Of a stretch of 13,740 nt of DNA, positions 1-8,696 are shown piece after piece (the first letter of the stretch is position 1; every line of letters starts with the position of its first letter). The position numbers and the translations under genes were made by a program. The stretch is taken from positions 1 through 13,740 of the forward strand of contig BAAFSQ010000264.1 of NCBI GenBank assembly GCA_054661495.1, written 5' to 3'. This DNA comes from Zygophlyctis sp. KS116. Its lineage: Eukaryota > Fungi > Chytridiomycota. Under the pieces are notes generated by a model. The model worked only from the letters and a program-made list of their open reading frames with translations, was not told where the DNA came from and ran no database searches.

Positions 1-76
1 TTGTCCGAGTGGTTAAGGAGATAGACTTGAAATCTATTGGGCTTCGCCCGCGCAGGTTCAAGTCCTGCAGCTGACG
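1..76 (+). tRNA. tRNA-Ser(UGA), about 6 nt of the 5' end cut off by the window edge
   Basis: D arm TCCGAGTGGTTAAGGA; anticodon stem ATAGA/TCTAT with TGA at 28-30; long variable arm GGGC-TTC-GCCC; T arm GCAGG-TTCAAGT-CCTGC; acceptor 3' strand AGCTGAC plus discriminator G76; no intron and no encoded CCA. Confidence 0.95.
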
Positions 77-84
77 TTTTTTTT
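77..84 (+). terminator. RNA polymerase III terminator (T8)
   Basis: Run of eight T directly after the tRNA discriminator base. Confidence 0.85.
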
Positions 85-192
85 CTGGTTATTCTGATGT
101 TTCATTATATTTTGGTATTTTGATAATCTCAAGTAATAATATTAAACATTCATCAACACTTTTAAAGTAATCTTAAAAAAAGGATTATATTA

Positions 193-951
193 CTAATTAA
201 AATGGTCCATAATTCTAGAAACATGATTTTTAGGAAATGGATGATCTGAAAGCTGTTTTAATATTACTTCATGCGCTTTAACAACTACCCATGAATCAGC
301 AGCTGCATAATGTAACTGAGAATTGGTTAATGTATTATTTTCCCAATTTGAAGTTGAAATCTTTTTTGACTTGTTAAAAGGAATCTCCAGTCCTTTAGCG
401 ATCCCTGCAACTCCAATCTTTTCAAAGTTTAAAATATTAATCTTTTTGGTAAATTCTAGCAGATCTTCTTTTTTAGGATCTTCAGCAACTTCCCCATCTT
501 CTATTTTCTCTTTGGTCAAGTGGTACATGTCTTTAACCATCCCAATATAATCCTTGACTACTTTAGAAATATCTAAAGCTGCCTTTAATTTAATAGAGTA
601 ATCATTATTCAAGTATGAAAGATCTCCATGAATCCCTGCACCAACTTTTTTTATTAAAGGATTTCCTAGAATGCTTCTGAGTTCTTCATGATGGGCATCA
701 TGATCTTTAATAATATGATAAACAAGACAATGACCGGTAGGAACAGCCAACTGAATAGTTGCAACCTTGTTTCTATTTTCTCCTTTGACAAATTGAGGCC
801 TTGATTCAGTATCAAATCCAATCATATGAGTCTTACCAACCACATGATCATTCAACCATTTTTGAACTGCCGACTCTTTTCTAGCATAAGTAATAAATAA
901 ACTATGAGGTCCAAGAGTGAACTGTCTCTCGATTGTGCAAGATAAAGACAT
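193..951 (-). CDS. DEDDy 3'-5' exonuclease, WRN-exo/EXD2-like, 252 aa
   Basis: First ATG in the frame is at 951 (MSLSCTI). ExoI GFDTE, ATIQLA, ExoII KVGAGIHGDL, and SNW...LT..QLHYAAAD (ExoIII). All catalytic residues are present. Confidence 0.88.
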   Translation of the reverse strand: MSLSCTIERQFTLGPHSLFITYARKESAVQKWLNDHVVGKTHMIGFDTESRPQFVKGENRNKVATIQLAVPTGHCLVYHIIKDHDAHHEELRSILGNPLIKKVGAGIHGDLSYLNNDYSIKLKAALDISKVVKDYIGMVKDMYHLTKEKIEDGEVAEDPKKEDLLEFTKKINILNFEKIGVAGIAKGLEIPFNKSKKISTSNWENNTLTNSQLHYAAADSWVVVKAHEVILKQLSDHPFPKNHVSRIMDHFN

Positions 952-978
952 TAACAAGGTCTGGGAGTGTGTGAAAGT

Positions 979-2239
979 ATGAGCAGTTTTGGTTCTTACT
1001 ATCGCATTACTACATTTGGAGAGTCTCACTGCAAAGCAGTCGGCGTAATCGTGGATGGAATTCCTGCTGGTCTGCCACTTGTAGAATCTGATATTCAACC
1101 ATTCTTGGATCGTAGACGGCCAGGTCAATCGGATCTAACAACTCCTGTAATTCAAATACCTTAAATCTAAAGAGAAATGAAAAAGACTCTGTTACAATTC
1201 TTTCTGGAACTGAAATGGGTTATACTCTAGGTACACCGGTCGCAATGATGGTTCCTAATCAGGATCAGAGACCCAGAGATTACGGGGAAATGGATACGTA
1301 TCCACGACCATCGCATGCAGACTATACATATTTGGAAAAATATGGAATCAAAGCTTCATCAGGAGGTGGTCGATCATCAGCAAGAGAAACGATTGGAAGA
1401 GTTGCTGCAGCTGCGATAGCAGAAAAATATCTTTTAATGGTACATGGGATAGAAATTGTTGCTTTTGTTAATTCGGTGGGAAATATTAATGTAGAACCTA
1501 ATGATTTGAATTATTCTGAATCTGTACCACAAGAGTCGTGGATTAAAGGCTGGAAGGATTGGTGGGCATTTTTAGATACCGTGAAACGAGTGGATGTTGA
1601 TAAACATCCTGTTAGATGTCCAAAGGAAGATATTGCTGAAAAAATGAAAGATTTGATTCTTAAATCAAAGAATGCCCAAAATTCAATTGGTGGAACAGTT
1701 GTTTGTGTCATTCGAAATTTGCCTACTGGACTTGGCGAACCATGTTTTGATAAATTTGAGGCAAAACTAGCATCGGCAATGTTATCAATCCCTGCAACAA
1801 AATCATTCGAAATTGGGTCTGGAAATTATGGGACTTGTATTCCTGGAAGTATCCACAATGATCAATTTATACCCAAATCTAATGGAAAACTTGGAACAAT
1901 CACAAATTTTTCTGGAGGAGTTCAGGGAGGGATCACAAACGGAGAGCATGTTTATTTCAAAGTAGCATTTAAACCTCCTGCTACAATCGGAGTCCCTCAA
2001 AATACTGCAAGTTATTCTGGAAATGAAGGGATTTTGGAAGCAAAAGGTCGACATGATCCTTGCGTTCTTCCACGGGCAGTTCCAATTGTTGAATCTATGG
2101 CAGCTTTAGTTGTGATGGAGTAATCTACGTTTTAATTTAACATTATAGTCTTTTAATTGCGCAGAATGCTAAAAAATCAACATCAGCTCCTATATTTTCA
2201 CAAGATATTCCCAAAATTTTAAGAGGTCAAGTAGACTAA
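979..2239 (+). CDS. ARO2: Chorismate synthase, 3 exons (979-1146, 1173-2119, 2149-2239), 401 aa
   Basis: Motifs [37 protein letters not shown] and [16 protein letters not shown]. Removing a 26-nt intron (1147-1172) restores TTP|RNEKD. Removing a 29-nt intron (2120-2148) restores LVVMD|LLIAQ and leads to TAA at 2237-2239. Confidence 0.95.
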
Positions 2240-2273
2240 AAATGTCTTGAAAAAAATGTTGAAATAATGCATT

Positions 2274-2900
2274 CTATATATTGTCTGATTTTGTTGAAAA
2301 TAGTCCATCTGGCCTTTTTTCTTCTTCCTTGATGAATTCCAATACTTGATCAACAAATGTATCGCCACCTTTAACTTTATAATCCAAAGCGTGTTTTATT
2401 GAATCCTGAAATAATGCAACCACATTTACTCCATTTGAAGCAGAAACACAATAAAATGGTACATCTTGATCTCTTTCTGCTTTTTTTCTAGATACAAATC
2501 CAAATGATTTTTTAGAAATTTCTGGATCCATATCAACCTTATTTGCGGCTACTAAAATTGGAATACTTATTCCTTTATGTTGTACTAGCTCTGAATACCA
2601 TTTCTCTAAATTCTGATAAGTTACTTTTCTGGTTGCATCAAAAACCAAAATGCACGCATGAGCCCCAATGTAGTAGCTAGGATGTATTGATTCAAACCTT
2701 TCTTGTCCCGCAGTGTCCCAAAAGTCTATTTTTACTTCTTTCTCAGACCCAGGAACAATTGTTTTATACCGATACATTGTTAATGCATATGTAGAAAGAG
2801 GAGCAGGCTTATAATCTTGTAACAGAAACCTTTCCATAAGCTTAGATTTACCAACTGCAGAGTCTCCCAACAATATAATCTTTAAATCACACTCTTCCAT
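2274..2900 (-). CDS. RABL2: Rab-like protein 2, ciliary/IFT-associated GTPase, 208 aa
   Basis: ATG at 2900. LGDSAVGKSKLMERFL, STYALT, DFWDTAGQERF..HPSYY, RKVTYQNL and NKVD match RABL2 signatures. No C-terminal prenylation cysteine. Confidence 0.9.
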   Translation of the reverse strand: MEECDLKIILLGDSAVGKSKLMERFLLQDYKPAPLSTYALTMYRYKTIVPGSEKEVKIDFWDTAGQERFESIHPSYYIGAHACILVFDATRKVTYQNLEKWYSELVQHKGISIPILVAANKVDMDPEISKKSFGFVSRKKAERDQDVPFYCVSASNGVNVVALFQDSIKHALDYKVKGGDTFVDQVLEFIKEEEKRPDGLFSTKSDNI

Positions 2901-2948
2901 TGACTTTACAACGCGCAAATTTGATTCTGAAAAATTTGATTTTAAGAA

Positions 2949-3342
2949 ATGAACGAGTAAATCTCATTCAAACTAATCTTTAGAACTGAAGCTCTTTTAG
3001 CCCAGATACAATGTATTTAATAAAATTCTTTTGAGATTTCTAGTTAATTTAGCGCAAAGAAAAGAACGGTTGAGAACTGAGATTGATTCAAACTTGAAAG
3101 ATTTGTTTAAAACTTGGGATTCGAAATTACAACAGTAAGTCTTATTGACTAACTCGAGATCTTCTTGCCATGAAATCATCTCTAAATGGGAAAATAAAAT
3201 CAATTCAACTTTAGAAAAAGAAAAAATATTGATTGCTAGAATTGAATCTAATCTTTTAAAATTCAAGGTAATTTAGAATTTATAATTCGAGATGATCCAG
3301 GATGACACAATACAATTTATGATACAAAATGATCCCAAATAA
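2949..3342 (+). CDS. Predicted small coiled-coil protein A, 5 exons (2949-2956, 2984-3012, 3044-3134, 3159-3267, 3292-3342), about 95 aa
   Basis: Four GT-AG introns of 27, 31, 24 and 24 nt, each removing an in-frame stop, give one frame: MNETEALLAQIQFNLAQRKERLRTEIDSNLKDLFKTWDSKLQQSSCHEIISKWENKINSTLEKEKILIARIESNLLKFKMIQDDTIQFMIQNDPK. Intron 3 has GTAAGT and CTAAC. The last intron is uncertain: it could instead end at CAG 3300, or stay unspliced with a stop at 3276. Confidence 0.65.
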
Positions 3343-3694
3343 ATTGAATTTGTTTTTAATATTTACAATTTAAAGATGGGTTTTTACCATTTTAAAATTT
3401 AAAGATGGTTTTTATGTTTTGCGATTTAAAAATATGTTTTAAATTGTATTAATTCTTAGTATTGAGAGATCAAATGTAGTAATTAAGGCGTTCTGATGGC
3501 GTTGTTAGAGATAGTTTAGTCGTTCGGACATGTCACATTTCCAACCAATGATTTACTCTGATGATTTTAAGTTCAAAAATAGAGGTGTGCATCGAAAAAC
3601 AATAATTCATTTTAGTTGCTTGCATGATTTGACCATGATGATACGCCACTTAAACTGATGATGTCATTGGATCAACATAATAGATAACAATAGC

Positions 3695-4555
3695 ATGTAC
3701 CTTGAATCTCAACAATCATTAATTGAATCTCTAGAAGATCTGAATTTAAAAAATTTAGATGTTAAACAATTGCCTCATTTACCAGTTGAAATCTGGATTC
3801 TTATCTTTTCACATTTGGACTTTATGACTTTACTCATAATTTCAAGAGTCGATAAAAGACTCATGGAAATCTCAAATTATCATATTTTATGGAGAGATTT
3901 ATGCTTTAAGCATTCTATCTCACTAGAAAATCAAGAATCATTATCATTATTTTCAGAGTGTTTATTATTGTCTGATAGCGCAAATGTATGGAAAAAACTA
4001 CTCATTCGACATTTTAAGAATGAGCATCGAAATATTGTACTCAGTAAAATACTATGGGCAAGTCATGAAGTTAATACAATGTCTAGACTCTTGAATGTCA
4101 CTAATTCATCTAGACCTAGGTTATTAACTTATGGCGGATCTTATATTGCATGTCCTCAGTGTGAAAGAGAAAAGAATTTTTTAGGTAGAATGGAGATAAC
4201 ATCTGATCATGGTATTAATTATTTATTAATTTCAGATTTAATTTCAAAACTTACGGTCATACCGGCAAGAACATTATACGGTCATAATGGGATTTTTCAT
4301 GATAGATTAGGGCCAATCAGTAATACTTCAACTAGAGCTTCTCTTATACTTCATACACTTTCTGATGGTTGTGAAATTGGATCTGTAATTCCAAATTTTG
4401 TTCCTAGATCACTTAGCATTCGTTCTGAATCCCCGACAATTTCAAATCTTTTGCATGAGTCGTTGATTGGCTCAAGTGTAGGAAGAATAGATGATTTATC
4501 ACCTGGATTAATCTTGGCAACTGGAAATATTTCTCAAGTTTCTCATCGAGATTGA
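3695..4555 (+). CDS. F-box protein, 286 aa, C-terminal region unrecognised
   Basis: N-terminal LPHLPVEIWILIFSHLD..TLLIISRVDKRL..I...ILWRDLC fits the F-box consensus. Confidence 0.8.
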   Translation: MYLESQQSLIESLEDLNLKNLDVKQLPHLPVEIWILIFSHLDFMTLLIISRVDKRLMEISNYHILWRDLCFKHSISLENQESLSLFSECLLLSDSANVWKKLLIRHFKNEHRNIVLSKILWASHEVNTMSRLLNVTNSSRPRLLTYGGSYIACPQCEREKNFLGRMEITSDHGINYLLISDLISKLTVIPARTLYGHNGIFHDRLGPISNTSTRASLILHTLSDGCEIGSVIPNFVPRSLSIRSESPTISNLLHESLIGSSVGRIDDLSPGLILATGNISQVSHRD

Positions 4556-4603
4556 AAATTTTTGTTTTTCTGAAAGAGATTCCAGCCCTACGGTCCTAGA
4601 AAA

Positions 4604-5134
4604 ATGAAACGAAAACTTCAAGGTAATACATGTCCCTTGAAATGGTAGAAAAAAGTATGAATGTAAAAGACGTAGAGTCTCTATTAAATGCTCGTTGTAC
4701 AGAGGTTTTTAATTTTAATTTTTTGAGTTTTTAGATAAAGTCCACATTGGAATCTGAGATTAATTCCTAGTAATCGTATTAAACTAATTAGCAAGTCAAG
4801 AAAAAGTCTCCAATTTGAATTCCAAAATGACTAAAACAGTCGATCTCTTGAGTTTTAACCAGGAACTAAATCAATACTTCAAAGAAACATTTAGTTTTCT
4901 CAAAGACGTAGAAAATCAATTGGACAAGTCTTTAAAGGCACAAGCAAATCTTGCAGTGAAAATAGGTACTTTATTTCTCTAAGAAAAAAAGATTCTTCTA
5001 TTCTAAATAGAAAAACTATCGACATTACTGATCGAATAAAGCTCCAACAGCAAGATTTTATCAAAAGTCAAGAGGTAACTTAAAGCTTGTCATATTAGAA
5101 ACTATTTGAAAAAATACTTGGAAATGATTTTTAA
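4604..5134 (+). CDS. Predicted small coiled-coil protein B, 6 exons (4604-4622, 4649-4704, 4735-4769, 4796-4965, 4992-5074, 5099-5134), 132 aa
   Basis: Five GT-AG introns of 26, 30, 26, 26 and 24 nt give MKRKLQEKSMNVKDVESLLNARCTEIKSTLESEINSYQEKVSNLNSKMTKTVDLLSFNQELNQYFKETFSFLKDVENQLDKSLKAQANLAVKIDSSILNRKTIDITDRIKLQQQDFIKSQEKLFEKILGNDF. The model fills the gap between the F-box stop and the DRE2 stop, and its stop overlaps an AATAAA. Confidence 0.7.
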
Positions 5135-5139
5135 TAAAA

Positions 5140-6126
5140 TTATAAATCATCATTTAGTAAATTGCCAGCCAAAACTACTTTCTCCCCCTCTTTAAATGCA
5201 GGCATTCCTATATAAAGACAAGTGGAGCATCTGAAAGCGTCCCCTAAATAACACTAATTTTAGTAAAAATAATTTACAGAACCACAAGAAGAAACTGGCA
5301 AATTCTTTTTTATAATTGTAGATTCTACAATTGTTACTTTGCTTTTCAAGTCTTGAGAAATATTATTTTCCTGATCTTCCTGCTTACCATCTTCATTAGC
5401 GTATTCCTCTAATCTTCCACAACTACAATTCTTGCAAGGTTTTTTGCGTATTTCACAATTATTTTCAGGTTTTGCAGTTGAAGGAAGTACCAAATCTTCT
5501 TCATCTACATATAAATTTAAATAGAAATTACCTAGTAATAAATCATCATTTTCAATTTCAAAATCCTCAGAATCCTGCAAAGCTGAAATTTTCCATATTT
5601 TTTTAGAATTCTTTGAAGAGTTTTTGAATGATAGTTTTGCAGATGCACCAACAACAAAATCTGGTTTTTTGGCACTTAGAGTAACTTTAACGAGTTTTAA
5701 AAGCGATTGTAAACCTTGTTGATCATACTCTAAATGAGAAAAATCATCCACTTTAGACTCTTGACTTGATATTTCTTGTATATCAGTAAATCCAGCCATT
5801 ACTAATTCAGATTTTCTCTTTGAAATTGTTGGAATTTTGATATTTAATCTATAAAGATCAATTGAATCTTGCGATTCGATCGACATTAATTCTGTAATTT
5901 CTATTGATCCATTGGGTTCTAATGCCAGTAAACATCCTTTAAGAACTTGCTGATCTAAATTGTTAAAAGGAGGGATTGAACTCTTGATCATTTTAAAAGA
6001 ATTTGCTCTTAATGAAGAGAGACGATGAGGCTGTTCAAAGGCAGTATCATCATTTAATAGCTTTGAGAGATGATCTTGGAGCTCAGAACTTGATGCTAAT
6101 GGATTTCCCAGTAAAAGCGTTTGCAT
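5140..6126 (-). CDS. DRE2: Anamorsin/Dre2 Fe-S cluster assembly protein, 3 exons (6126-5532, 5504-5278, 5253-5140), about 311 aa; alternative ATG at 6150
   Basis: Motif [15 protein letters not shown] 24-nt intron (5254-5277) splits SSCGS|[12 protein letters not shown]...[11 protein letters not shown]. An in-frame 27-nt intron (5505-5531) restores DDLLL|DEEDL. Confidence 0.93.
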
Positions 6127-6222
6127 TTTTAAAACACAACCCTCAAACATTCCTATAAACCTAAAACACCAATAGTGAAAATTTTAAATTCTGAAATTCG
6201 CGGTTTCAAATTCCAGCAAAAA

Positions 6223-7485
6223 ATGATTAATCTTCCTTCTATTGTTACTAATGCATTACCATTGGATGGGGATAGATCTCCGCCTTATCAAACTGCTGTT
6301 GAGTCACCAGTTGAAGAATCACCAACATTAGAAGATCCGCAACAGGTGGCACTTCGGTTAAAGATTATGGCAATTCAGAAAAATAAAGATTATTCAGCAA
6401 AAGACAAGGCTAGGAAAATACAAGATCTCATGTCAAATGGGAAAAAGATGTATGCAGGTTCTATGGAATTGGATAATATGTCTATTGAACAGCTTCAGTC
6501 AAACTTATCTTTGGATGATAAGTCTCAATCATTTCATGATAAGACATTAGGAATTCTGGGATGTAGTCATTATCAGAGAAGCGTTAAAATTCAAGCTGAT
6601 TGTTGCAAGAAATGGGTTAATTGTCGATTTTGTCATGATGAGATGGTAAATGATCATACAATGGATCGTAAAAGTACTAAAAATATGCTATGTATGGTTT
6701 GCGGGACTGTTCAGGCTGTAGGAGAGTCATGTATTACTTGTCAAGAAAGAGTTTCTCATTATCATTGCGGGGATTGTAATCTCTGGGATAATAATAAGCA
6801 TAAATCAATTTTTCATTGTAAAGATTGTGGGATCTGCAGAGTTGGAAAGGGACTGGGAATTGATTATTTTCATTGCTCAAAATGCAATATTTGCATGTCA
6901 ATTAATCTTCAGGGTAATCATAAATGTATTGAAAGAAATTTGGAATGTGACTGTCCAATTTGTGGAGAATTTATGTTCACTTCTACTTCTTTGGTCATGT
7001 TTATGCCTTGCGGTCATTGCATACATTACAAATGCCATCAAGAATATGCTAAAACTGCTTATCAATGTCCCACTTGCTTTAAATCTCTGTGGGATATGAC
7101 TTCTTACTTTAAAAAGATTGATAAAATTTTGGACACTCATCAAATGCCGCCAGAATATCAAAACACAAAGTCTTTGATTTATTGCAATGATTGCGAGACA
7201 AAGTCAACAACAAAGTATCATTTTTTGTATCACAAATGTCAAAATTGTGGAGGTTACAATACTAAAATGATGTCAACGTTGAATGAAAAGACTGACTCAG
7301 AAAATAATACAGACAAGAAATTAATAGAATCCTCAGAATCAATCTCTGCAAGGCTATCTACTATATCAGAATATGCTAGTGGCCCATCAACTTCTGATAC
7401 TACAGAGATGGATATAGTATATGATGAAGCTGATGAAAGTTCAAGAGATTTTCCACATGGAGCATACGGACCTCCACAATTCTAG
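6223..7485 (+). CDS. RCHY1: CHY/CTCHY zinc finger, RING-H2 and zinc-ribbon E3 ubiquitin ligase (Pirh2/RCHY1 family), 420 aa
   Basis: First ATG at 6223. GCSHYQR..CC..CRFCHD (CHY); FHCKDCGICRVG..YFHCSKC; CPICGE..PCGHCIHYKC..CPTC (RING); MPPEY..IYCNDC..HKCQNCGGYNT. Confidence 0.92.
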   Translation: MINLPSIVTNALPLDGDRSPPYQTAVESPVEESPTLEDPQQVALRLKIMAIQKNKDYSAKDKARKIQDLMSNGKKMYAGSMELDNMSIEQLQSNLSLDDKSQSFHDKTLGILGCSHYQRSVKIQADCCKKWVNCRFCHDEMVNDHTMDRKSTKNMLCMVCGTVQAVGESCITCQERVSHYHCGDCNLWDNNKHKSIFHCKDCGICRVGKGLGIDYFHCSKCNICMSINLQGNHKCIERNLECDCPICGEFMFTSTSLVMFMPCGHCIHYKCHQEYAKTAYQCPTCFKSLWDMTSYFKKIDKILDTHQMPPEYQNTKSLIYCNDCETKSTTKYHFLYHKCQNCGGYNTKMMSTLNEKTDSENNTDKKLIESSESISARLSTISEYASGPSTSDTTEMDIVYDEADESSRDFPHGAYGPPQF

Positions 7486-7541
7486 TAAAGAATTAAATTC
7501 ATTATTAATAATACTTTCTAATTTTCATAGTATGATATATT

Positions 7542-8615
7542 TTAGGTTTTATCTTGTTTCCTTGATATGTATTCTCTGATATACGAAGAGCTTATTTTAT
7601 CTTTCATGTTTTCGAGGAGAACTGAGTTCGAATCACTAGAAATTACATCAATTGTAAATATATCCAATGGGCTAAAACCAATCCTGATACGCTCTTCATT
7701 GACTTTGATTAAATGATTACAGAAATACCAGTTTTACATCCATCATAAGTTTCTAATGATCCTACTAAGGCTTTTAATGACTTATCCGTAGCTGTTGGTC
7801 CAAAATCGTCATATATTGGTACAATATTGTATTCTAAATTTCGATTGATCTTTTGTAAAAACATTCTAATATTGTTGATTCTAACTGTAAGTGATTCCAT
7901 AAATAAATATGCTCTTTTCTTTTTTAATCTTTCGAGAGGCGCATCTTTAAATTAAGATTCAAGGCTATTATACATACCCATAACTCCAACTGTCAAACGT
8001 TTTTTAGTTATAAATACTGCCATTGATAATAATATTTTATGTCCTTAAAATTAAAAACAGAATGTTTACCAACGTGTAAATGATCAAAAGTACCACCAAC
8101 TGCTACATTATCATAAGATTCGTTAGTGTATGATTCAGTAGGCAAATTTAATGGGATTGATGGTAAAGACTTGCTAGTCGGACGTAATTTAATCAGTGAA
8201 ACTCCACCAAATATTTCACGATTATCATTGATCTGATTGTATTCATCATCACCTAACTTTTCAATTTAATGATCATACTGAAGCAATATATCTTGTCAAA
8301 GTTTGTATCCGAAAGAGGATCCCATCCACAATCATCAAATGAAATAATTTCAATTTCTGTTAGTGGCATATCCATTGTGTATGTTACATTAATGCATTTA
8401 TAATACAATTGTGACAAAATGTGTTGATAAAATTTAAAATATCCTGTTCTATTCTTTTCATCAATTGCTTGTGACAATCCTTTAATGAAAATTCTAAAGC
8501 TAGGCGCAGAGTCGTTTTCAATTATACATTCCTTGATTATTAAGCCAAGTGAATCTGAATAATTTGATATCTGGGACAAACAATCCGAGTGCAAAAGTAC
8601 TCCAATCATTACCAT
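7542..8615 (-). CDS. CAB4: Phosphopantetheine adenylyltransferase (CoA biosynthesis), 5 exons (8615-8279, 8252-8070, 8043-7978, 7944-7729, 7702-7542), about 320 aa
   Basis: Introns 8253-8278 (26 nt), 8044-8069 (26), 7945-7977 (33) and 7703-7728 (26) join VAVGGTFDHLHVGHKILLS (HxGH motif, split by an intron), LTVGVMD, IYDDFGPT, LVGSLETYDGCKTVNEER and KISSSYIR. Confidence 0.92.
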
Positions 8616-8696
8616 TGTAGTACAGATTCCAGATTGATCCCAGGGGTTGTTGAAGGTGAAATATATTACTATGAATTTAAACCTGGCATTCCCAGA

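Noticed and set aside
952-1128. 59-codon N-terminal extension of the exonuclease ORF
   Set aside because: It starts at TTG and is antisense to conserved ARO2 exon 1. The first ATG is at 951.
2997-3266. 89-aa minus-strand ORF
   Set aside because: Non-ATG start. Better explained as the antisense shadow of spliced gene A.
3368-3416. Imperfect direct repeat ATTTAAAGATGG(G)TTTTTA x2
   Set aside because: Two short low-complexity copies; not an array and no evident function.
3530-3670. TGATGA and CTGA words suggesting a box C/D snoRNA, and a 42-codon ORF from ATG 3530
   Set aside because: Box spacing is too short, and I see no terminal stem or recognisable guide. Trial splicing of the ORF hits stops and does not join the F-box frame.
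979-8615. Pseudogenes, frameshifting or a ciliate-type code as the cause of the broken ORFs
   Set aside because: Each break is bounded by GT...AG and clean removal restores conserved motifs. TAA and TAG serve as true stops at gene ends.
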